DNA of 64,000 nucleotides from Chrysemys picta bellii (lineage: Eukaryota): positions 29,388,001 through 29,452,000 of the forward strand of contig NC_088797.1 in assembly GCF_011386835.1 (NCBI RefSeq), read 5' to 3'. How positions within the stretch are numbered: position 1 is the first letter of the stretch; each line of letters starts with the position of its first letter. The notes below the pieces were generated by a model. That model was not told the DNA's origin, searched no databases, and was given only the letters and a program-made list of their open reading frames with translations. Position numbers and translations under genes: made by a program. This document shows, in pieces, positions 55,401 through 64,000 of the stretch.

Positions 55401-58337
55401 GGGCCCCTATTGTGCCAGGCGCTGAACAAACCCTGACCGAGATCAGGGCCCCCACTGTGCCAGGCACTGCACAAACCCTGACCAAGATCTGGGCCCCCAC
55501 TGTGCCAGGCACTGCACAGAGCCCCTCCCCCCTGGCTGAATTGGGACCCCTTGTGTTGGGTGCTGCACGCAGCTGAGATCGGGGCCCTGGTGAGGACAGC
55601 CAGGTTGTAGACACTTCTGACAAACGCTTGGATAGATCCAGCAAGCAGTGTCGGAGTTCCCTGCCGAACACACAGCATAGCTGTTAACCTGCGGAACTCA
55701 CATGGCAATTGCTAGACTGGCTCAGAGTCAAGGCCCCTCTAGCCCAGAATCCTGTCTCTGACAGTGACCATTGTCAGTGGAATTGGTCAGTAGAAGGTGT
55801 AAGACTCCTCCAGTAGGCAATGGGGAATAATCGGCCTCACATTAGCCTCCCCCTGCTCTCTCACTAATGGGTAGAGATTAGCTCAAGCCCTGGAGCCTGA
55901 GGTTTCATCCCCTGCCAGGATTTGTGTCAGAATCAACAATTCCAACTCTGCCGATTCTGCTTCTCCACAGAAATGACCAATCCCTTCTTGGACTTTGCTG
56001 CGTTTTCAGCCTCAGCAATGTCCTGTGGCTGTGAGTCCCACAGGCTAAATACGCCTTGTGTGAACAGCATTGCCTTCTCTCAGCCTTCACCTCGTGGCAA
56101 AGCTCTCCAATGAAGCAGGTTAAAAAGAGTTTCTCACTTGGAAATATAGAAGAAAAGGCTCTTACGATGTTCACTGTAATGTACATCGCACACAGAGGCT
56201 TCTTTACAGACAGACAGAGGAGTGCCTATGGAAGTGGGGGTCTGCCCCACGCAGGTGATGAGAGGGTTAATGTGGGCCTGAGAGCCCAATTAACACAGCT
56301 GGCTGCACCTGGAAGATGGGCCAGGCCTCAGTGAAGATGAAGCTCAGCTGGGGGGGAGCCGGATGGAGCTATAAAAAAAGGAAGTGGGGTGAAGCTAAAA
56401 AAAAGGTGGAAGAACTCTACATCCTGGTGGGGGAGGGGGTGAGACATGAGAGTGCCTTGAGTGGCCTAGTAAGGATCTGATTGGGGATGGGGGTGCTGAG
56501 AAGGCACCACATTGAAGCAAGTTCCTGTGGCTGACCTGACCCAAGGGTAGGGCCCAGATCTCTGGGAGCTTGTTAAAGAGCCCAGAGGGGAGCTGGGGAT
56601 GAGGCCTGAAGAAAGGCTAAGGGGTAGGATAGAGACCAGGGAGACAGTGACAAGGCATCTGATAGCACAGAGCTTGGCTGCATATGCTAGGGGCCCTGGA
56701 CTGAACCCCCACAACCAGCCCCTGGGGGGAGGTAGTGTGAGGCCTCTGAGAAGGGGATACAGGTGATTGAAAGAGAGGCTGGTGTGCAGGGCTGTAGGGA
56801 CCACAGAGCCTGGAGTTGAGCACCAAAGATCCAGCGTAAGGATGGGGACTGCTGTCAGTTTAGCTTTTGGTACCCAAAAGGGGAGGGGTAGAATAGAGGT
56901 GTGAGCTGGCTGAGTGGTGAGAAAAGGAACTCCACCATGGTTGGTGTGACCATGGGTAGGGGAAGTAGCAAGGAAAGAGCTGTTACTCCTCAGTTCTCCA
57001 CAAGGGAGAGCACCAGAGTGAGCCCACTCTCCTACAGGGCTAGACAGGACTGAAAGGAGATTTTCTAGTCAAGGAGGTCATCACTACCCTGCCTTGAGAA
57101 TCCAGCTCCGGGGGGGGGGGGGGTGTTTGCCCCCCCACTGCTGGGGGAGGCTGTTCCAGAACCTCCCTCCTGTGAGGGGCACAAACCTTCTTCTCACTTC
57201 TAGCCTCAGCTGTTCCCTGGCCAGTTTAACCCCATTTGTTCTTGTGCCCACTTAAACTTCAAGAGCTCTTCTCCCTCTGGGGTTTCCTTAGAGGGAGCAA
57301 GCAGATCCCTTCTCTGGCCAGGCTGAAGCGACTCAGCTCTTTCAGGCTCCTCCCCTAAGATCGGCTCTCCATTCCTCTGATCAGCCTAGGAGCCAGTTTC
57401 TCTGTTGAATGGGGTGAGCAGAACTGCACACAGTAATTCCTGATGTGGTCTTACCACTGCCTTGTCTAATAGTATTAATGCTTCCCCCTCACCAATGGAG
57501 GTGCCTTGCTTACACTGGATATACAAAGTCCCCCCTACACAAAGCAATTCAGCAGAGGGGATGAGTCAGGGTGGGCTGATAGCTGAGATTCCTGGGTTCT
57601 ATTCTTGGCTCTGCCCCTGAGCTGCTTTGTGACCTCCAGCAAGTCCCTTTTCCTGCCTCAGTTTCCCTTCCTACCCTTTGTCTATTTAGATGGTGAGCTC
57701 TGCAGGGCAAGGACTGTCTCTCACTGGGTGGCTGGGCAGCACCGGGCACAAGGGGTCTCGAAGCTTGGTCAGTGGGTCTGGCACAAGGGCCCTTGATTTC
57801 AGGCTGGGAGTGCAGTTCCCACCGTAATGCAAATAAGAAACTGAAATGGGCAAACAGGAAGCGCCAACGCTGAGATGCTGGCGGAGTCGCTGGGCCCCTT
57901 CCCCACCCGGGCCAGCACCGCCGGGCGAACCCTGTCCGGCCAGGGGAACTGCCGGCCAAGCCGAAACAGTCACCGCACCCACAGGCCACACTGGCCCAGT
58001 TACTCCATCTGCTCCTCCACCTCCCTCACCGGAGAGCCAGGACCCCGCACCGCACCCCGGGGAGCGGAGCGGGGCGAGGCTCTTCCGGCGGCTGCAAAAC
58101 CCTTTAAGCCGATTGCTTCTTGCCGGTGCCAGTGGGAGGGCCCGATCCCCCCCCCCCCTGCTCCTTCCGGGGCCCGATCCCCACCCCGAACCGCGGTGGC
58201 AGCGAGACTGGGCCGGGTCTAGGTCCCGAGCCGCGGCTCACGGCCGCCCTTGCACCCAGCCAGGGGTGGGGCCGAGGCTGCACACTCACCCCCGTGCCAT
58301 TGTCGCACACCACCACCCTGCGGCCCTGGCTGTCCAT
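49412..58337 (-). CDS. Actin-related protein 2 paralog (ARP2-like), 394 aa. Exons 58337-58290, 53217-53107, 52952-52737, 52494-52422, 51924-51788, 51006-50857, 50631-50486, 50098-49966, 49582-49412
   Basis: [39 protein letters not shown]...[30 protein letters not shown]...LEKLGVTVR*. The nine GT-AG exons (48, 111, 216, 73, 137, 150, 146, 133, 171 nt) are in frame with no stops, and exon 1 sits in a CpG island. No symbol is given because orthology to ACTR2 itself is doubtful. Confidence 0.95.
53943..54241. mobile_element. Probable nested hAT MITEs in ARP2-like intron 1
   Basis: Outer ends cagtggttc...ttgagaacccctg; inner element cagggccggcgtt...tgccagccctg at about 53959-54150. Confidence 0.5.
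55366..55525 (+). repeat. About 45-48-bp tandem repeat x4
   Basis: gtgccaggcactgcacaaaccctgaccgagatcagggccccc recurs. Confidence 0.75.
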
Positions 58338-59434
58338 GGGGGCTCCGCCTCTCGCTGCCCTGCGCCGTCTGAGCCACGGAACCGCGGTACTAGCCCAGTG
58401 ACCCGGCTCCCAGCGCAGGAAACCAGCCCCGCTGATGTAACGTCCTGGGCTGGGACCGCGTCGGGGGCGGGGTGTGTCTGTGTGCGACGCGCTGCTGCCC
58501 CCTGCTGGGGAGAATCAGAAAAGTGTGTGGGGCGGGGGCAAAGCGGGAGGCGGGGGGGGGGGGGGCACTGCCTTTCCCTCCGCGGGAAAAAGCTGCTTTC
58601 AGTATTCACCTTGCAGGTAGAGCCACACACACAGCGACAGCCCGGGGACTCTTGGCGGTTCATGCCGGGGGTCTGCTTCTTGGGGCGGCCAAGGGGGGAG
58701 AGGTCATACTGTCTGGGTTGCCCCCATCACCGCAGGGGCTCAGCACCTCTCTCTCCACCCTTCCCCCCAGGAGGCAGGGCAGCGCTGTGAGCCCCACTGC
58801 ACAGAGGGGGGACTGAGGCCCAGTCTACACACCCCGGCCTGGCCCACAGCAGCTGGCTTGGGCTAATGGGGCCCTGGTTGCAGGGCTGTAAAATTGCTGT
58901 GTAAACATTCAGGTTTGGGCTGGAGCCGAAGCTCTGGGACCCCAAGAGGGGGGAGGCTCCCCTGGCTCCAGCTGGAGCCGGAATGCCTGCCCAGCGAGTT
59001 TACAGCCCTGCACCCTGTGGGCGTCTACTTGCTGGGCAGACATACCCTGGGGCTCTAGATTCCTAGCGCTTAAGGCCAGCAGGGACCGAGATCATCCACC
59101 CTGATCTCCCGTCTAGCACAGGCCTGACCTCTCACCCAATTCCCCCTCTATTGAGCCCCAAGACATAGTTAAACCAAAGCATTTCAGTCTCCAGAGACTA
59201 ACCTGTTGTGAGCCCCAGGCAGATAACAGGGGAGGTTGAGGGGCCCCCAATGCCCGGGGCTAATGCAGTGGCAGGGAATTGCTGAGGTGAGTCACGCCCA
59301 GCGGATCCCAGCAGGCGACCTGTGCCCCATGCTGCAGAGGGAGGTGAAATCCCCCCAAGGTCCCTGCCAATCTGACCTGGGGGAAATTCCTTCCCATCCC
59401 CTAGCCTGGTGATCAGCTGGACCCTGAGCATCTG

Positions 59435-59704
59435 CAGGAGCGGTGCCAGGGTTTTTGGCGCCCTAGGCGGGAGTCCTTCCACGCTCCCAGTCGTCGTCGG
59501 CAATTCTGCGCGGGGGGGTCCTTCCGCGCTCCCGGTCTTCGAGGCACTTCGGAAGCGGGTCCCGGAGTGAGTGAAGGACCCGCCACAGAATTGCTGCCGA
59601 AGACCCGGAGCGTGGAAGGACCCCCCGCCTCCGAAATGCCGCCCCCCCAAATCCTGGCACCCTAGGTGACCGCCTAGGTCACCTAAATGGAAGCGCCGGC
59701 CCTG
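59435..59704. mobile_element. hAT-type MITE with perfect 8-bp target-site duplication
   Basis: AGCATCTG at 59427-59434 and at 59705-59712. Ends CAGGAGCGGTGC / GCGCCGGCCCTG, and the interior carries long inverted repeats. Confidence 0.85.
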
Positions 59705-60559
59705 AGCATCTGGGCAGCCTGCACCAGCTTGGCAGCGAGAGAAAAGATTCTGTGAACAGGCTCAGAGTCCAGTGCCCACCTTTCCTCACCCTCCTCCTGG
59801 TGTCCTGTCTCCAGCTGTGGCCAGCCCTGATGCTTCAGAGGAAGATGGGGGTGGGGGGAGAGGGGAGAGGGGAACCAACCATTCAACCAACCCAGAATGG
59901 ATCTGGTCCATTGTGCATCAGCCAAAAAAGTGACTTGGCCAAGGGGACACCAGGAAGCTGGTGGGAAAGGGAAGTGAAGCCAGGCCAGTGCCCTGGCCCC
60001 TGAACCAACCTTCACTGTCCTCCTCCGAATGGGCAAAGAAGGATACAGGAGGCCAAGGAAATTTTGAGGAACAGTTAAGAGTTTGCAGAGGCCACTGGCC
60101 CCTCAATGTGTCCCCAGGTCCCCGTAGTGGAGATAGGGCAGAAACCCAGCTCGAAATCCACGGGGAGTTCCTAGTGTGTGGGGGAGGGTCCACATACCGC
60201 CCCCCCCATGAGCATCACTGCTCAGCAGGAAGTGGGGACCAATGCACAGACTCTCATGCCCCCCAACCCACAGCAAGCGCCCTGCCCCCCAGTCTAGCTC
60301 TGCTCCCCCCCGTCCAGCTCTGATCAGCTCAGTTCCCTAATTCAGCTTCAGTCCCCTCAATACAACTCTAGCTTCCCTCCTCCGGATCAGCTCAGCCCCC
60401 AATCCAACTCTAATCCAGCTTCAGTGCCGCCATCCGGCTCTGCTTCCCCCGATCAACTCAGCCCACCCCCGCTCCGGCTCCGATCCCCCCCCCCCAGTTC
60501 TAGCCTTTTCCATCCCTTCTCGCACCTGCATAGTAATAAAAGCGCCTCGCCCCATCCCC

Positions 60560-60838
60560 CCACGAGTGACGCAGCGGCTGCGGGCAGGGGGTGCACGCGT
60601 GGCTGGGGGGATCCCTGCCTGCGGTGGGGTGGGGGGGAGGCGGGGGCAGGGCAGGGAGGGGCGGGGGTGGCCGTGGTGGTCTCGGGGCCTCCCCCACTCA
60701 CACCCCGCCCCGGGGGGAGGGCAGTTCCGCTCCAGCACTGCCGGCGGAGACAGCAGCAATGCAGGGCTATTCATCCTGGCGGCGCGACGCAGGCGGCTGC
60801 TGAGCCAGGCTGCGGGGGAGCTGGGGCCGCGCCGAGGG
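60560..60838 (+). promoter_or_regulatory. PELI3: CpG-island promoter and probable non-coding first exon of PELI3
   Basis: CpG-rich, with GC boxes and a TGACGCA half-CRE, ending in the strong donor GAGGG/GTAAGC at 60838/60839. Confidence 0.55.
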
Positions 60839-61101
60839 GTAAGCGGGGGGTGTCGGGGCTGCTGGGGGGATTACATGGGGGGGACAGAAGCAGAGGGGCG
60901 GCTGGAGATGGGAACCTCAGTGTCAGCCAGGGTCACCTCCTCTGTCCTTCCCTTCACAGCCCTGCAGCCATCCCTCCATCCCTCCCTCCCCTGTCCTGTA
61001 ACCCTCCCTTCCTCCATCCCTAGTCCTGTAACCATCCCTCCCTCCCCAGTCCTGTAACCATCCCTCCCTCCCTTCCTCCATCCCCAGCCCTGTAACCATC
61101 C

Positions 61102-61230
61102 NNNNNNNNNNNNNNNNNNNNNNNNNNNNNNNNNNNNNNNNNNNNNNNNNNNNNNNNNNNNNNNNNNNNNNNNNNNNNNNNNNNNNNNNNNNNNNNNNNN
61201 NNNNNNNNNNNNNNNNNNNNNNNNNNNNNN
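61102..61230. other. Assembly gap (N run) following a cctgtaaccatccctccc tandem repeat
   Basis: Run of N. The repeat at about 60960-61101 runs into the gap. Confidence 0.99.
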
Positions 61231-62889
61231 GTTTCTCTCTCTCCTTGAGATCTGATTGCACCATCAGTTCCCCTCCTTGTCTCACTAACACACGCGTTTG
61301 TTGTCTGGAGGGGAGGAGGTTGTTTCTTTTGCACCATGTGTGCTAGAGCCAAACCAAAGGGTCAGATAGGGACACCTCCACAGCTACATCCCTTCCCGCC
61401 TCCCAGCAGCCCCCAGTCACTTAATCCCCAGCCCCTGATCCCGGCCCCCCTCCCTCCTATCTCACCCCTGACACAGACACCCGTCTGTGGCTTGGGGACC
61501 AAATGGCTCTCTGCGCACCCACACCAGGGCTGCAGTCCGGGTCTGGCTGGAGGAGGTGCGGGGATCACCTGGCTCCCGGGCAATTGCTGCCAGCAGCTGC
61601 AGCAGCCACTGCCCCCTCCCTGTTTGTGTGTGTTTGGGGAGCCGGTTGTGTTGCTGGGGGGCGGTGCCTGGGAGGGGAGCCCCTTGCTCTTCTCCATGTG
61701 GGTTGTGTTGGTGGGAAGGGAAGCGCCTGCTCACCCCACTCCTGTGTGTGCTGGGAGGGAGTTGTGGTGGCATTGTGTTGGAAGGGGATCCCCTGCCATT
61801 TGTGTGTGTTTGGGAGTTGTGTTGAGTGGGAGGGCAGCCCTTGTCCCTTCCCTGTCTGTTTGTGTTTGGGGAAAAGAAGTTGTGTTGTCCTTGTGCACGT
61901 GTGGGGAGCCCCTTGCAGCCCTGTGTGTGTGTTGGGATAGGGTTGTGTTGTTGAGTTAGAATGTCTCTCCCTGTGATGACACCAGGAATTGTTGTGTTAT
62001 GTTGTTTTGGTGAGGGTTGTTTGGCTTCTTGCTTTTCAAAGGGGGTGGGGTGAAGGATGTTTATCCTGCGTGTGTGTAAGGGATGGGTATGTGGTGTCGG
62101 GGGGTGGGGGTGTTGCCAGGTGTGTCTATGTCTACTGTTTCAGGTGTGTAGTATCGGGGTATGTGTCTGCGTCATTTCAGGTATGTCTGTGTGTAGTGAC
62201 GGGGTGTCTGTGTATGGTGATGGGGTGTCTGTGTGTGATGCTGGGGGTGTCTGTGTGTCATTTCAGGTGTGTGTGTGGATGGTTGATGTTACAGTTGAGA
62301 TATTAGAAACAGATGTTTCCTCCCCCCATACAGATATGTACAGACCAAAGAAACCAGTCCGTAGACTCTCGCCTTCCCTCCCAGCCAGTGGGCCTCTCCT
62401 GTCCATGGGCAGGTGGGATGACGATTGGGAGGCACCGCATTGTGGTACCCGATGGGTCCCTGCAGCTACCCACATCCCGAGCCTCAATGCCCACAGCTAC
62501 CCCTACATCCCAGGGAACCCCACAGATCAGCGATCCCACGTGCGTCCCCTACATCCTGTGCTGCTCTGGGGGGATGAGAAAACTCACTATCCTCGTCCCT
62601 TCCCCAGGTTCCTCTGCCTCGCTTAGGCTTCACTGCCTGGCATAGCTAGCCTTGTGTGGCATGGATCCCATTGCAGGGGAAGGCCGGAGAGCCAGCATCT
62701 GGGGGCTGCACAGGCCTCTGCACATGGGCAACCCATGGCAATCCATAGGGGCAACTCAGAGCAGGGAGGGTTTTGGCCTTCAGGATCAGCTGGTGAGGGG
62801 GCGAGGGGGAATAGGATGTGGGGTCTTTCCCTTCTAGATGGCTGGCTCTGACCCAGCCTGAGTGAGGGGGGACCAACTGAAGGGAAAGT

Positions 62890-63124
62890 GTTTTCCTGGT
62901 AACAAGAGGGGTATTAAAGATCTAAAATGTCACTGTGATGACAGGGATTCCAGTTCAGGAATGTTGCCATGGAAACAATGGGGTTGTTATGGTCTGGAGC
63001 ATCGCCATGATGATAGTGGATATCAGAAATCAGGGATGTTGCCATGGTAACATGGGGTTGGGAGAGCTCAGGAGTGTTGCCATAGTGACAAGAGGTTAAG
63101 TGTTAGGGGCATTGTCGTGGCAAT
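62890..63124. promoter_or_regulatory. Cluster of RFX X-box-like motifs in the first PELI3 intron
   Basis: GTTGCCATGGAAAC (62963), GTTGCCATGGTAAC (63038), GTTGCCATAGTGAC (63076), plus degenerate copies at 62890, 62929, 63001 and 63111. Confidence 0.65.
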
Positions 63125-63339
63125 GTCAGGGTGGGGATGGACAAGGGAGGGGGCAGAGTCCTGAGCTGCCCAGCTTTCTGTGTTCCTGTTAGACATAGGG
63201 GAGGTGGGAGGAGAAAGGGGCGGGGAGGTTAACACTTTACCTGCCATGTGGTTGGGACCCACTTCCTTCCTCCCTCCAGATGCACACCATCCACCCATCC
63301 AAATACAGTGGATAATCAGCTGAACATGAGTAAACAGGG

Positions 63340-63745
63340 TAGTCTGAAATAGGAGAAGGGAGGTTCTGTGTGGCGCTGGTGCGGCTGCTGCTGGAATCCT
63401 GCATCCAGTTCTGGTGCCCACGATGCAAGAGGGATGCTGATAAATTGGAGAGGGCTCAGAGGAGAGCCACCCAGAATGAATAAAGGGCTGGAAAACATGC
63501 CTTGTAGTGAGCGACTCCATAAGCTGAATCTGTTTAGCTTAACAAAGAGAAGGTTAAGGGGTGACTTGACCTCAGTCTAGAAGTACCTAGGTGGGGAACA
63601 GCAATGTGATAATACAGAGCTCTTCAGCCTCGCAGCCAAAGATCTAACAAGAACCAAGGGCTGGAAGTTGAAGCTAGACAAATTCAGAGTAGAAATAAAG
63701 TGCAGATTTTTAACAGTGAAGGTAATTAACCATTGGAACAATAAC
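63340..63745 (+). mobile_element. Degenerate CR1 LINE RT-end fragment
   Basis: Highly similar to the 23050-23610 copy (ggcgctggtgcggctgctgctggaatcc..., gggctggaagttgaagctagacaaattcag). Confidence 0.75.
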
Positions 63746-63853
63746 TAGATGGGGGTGTAGGGGGATGGATGGACAGAAGGGTAGATAGAGAGATGGGATC
63801 TAAGCCCCAGGTTGCATTAATTATCACTTCATCCCCTCTTCTTTCTCTGCAGG

Positions 63854-64000
63854 ATGGTGCTGGAGGGCAGCCCCGAGGCCGTCAACTCCCAGTCCCTGGA
63901 TCTGCGGCGCTCCTGCCCCAAGGGCTCCCGGGTCTTCCCCTCTGCTGGAGAGGGCTCCCTGCTGAACAAAGAGGCGGTGAAGTATGGAGAGCTCATTGTG
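63854..64000 (+). CDS. PELI3: E3 ubiquitin ligase Pellino 3, first coding exon (runs off the window)
   Basis: The acceptor ctttctctgcag/G is followed by MVLEGSPEAVNSQSLDLRRSCPKGSRVFPSAGEGSLLNKEAVKYGELIV. MVLEG and KYGELIV are the PELI3 N-terminal signature. Confidence 0.88.
   Translation, partial: MVLEGSPEAVNSQSLDLRRSCPKGSRVFPSAGEGSLLNKEAVKYGELIV

Noticed and set aside
56200-56850. LTR-like purine-rich segment with a TATA-like AGCTATAAAA in ARP2-like intron 1
   Set aside because: It resembles reptile LTRs, but I could not define TG..CA ends or a target-site duplication.
57846-58790. 314-aa ORF over the ARP2-like promoter; similar ORFs at 4149-5235, 46135-46966 and 60424-61057
   Set aside because: Stop-poor GC-rich CpG-island sequence with Pro/Gly/Arg/Ala-rich translations and no coding signature.

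Overview
GC-rich vertebrate genomic DNA, most likely from a turtle, judged from a tortoise-type tRNA/CR1 SINE, a turtle-type Penelope element and DIRS/CR1/hAT repeats. The window is orthologous to the human 11q13.2 neighbourhood. Gene order: SLC29A2 3' end (+), tRNA-Ser(GCT) (-), B4GAT1 (+), BRMS1 (+), RIN1 (+), an 18-kb repeat-rich gap, CD248 (-), an intact 9-exon ARP2/ACTR2 paralog (-), and the start of PELI3 (+). Main observations: (1) a second Arp2 gene in the 11q13/2p14 paralogon, where human has no ACTR2 copy; (2) RIN1 appears to lack its Ras-association domain; (3) BRMS1 keeps two extra 3' exons encoding the BRMS1L/SUDS3-type C-terminal domain that human BRMS1 lacks, and has an AT-AC minor intron; (4) two dense arrays of RFX X-box motifs; (5) a decayed DIRS retrotransposon carrying nested CR1 and Penelope insertions. 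All exon coordinates were read by hand. All comparisons with human proteins and gene order are from memory, not from a database search.
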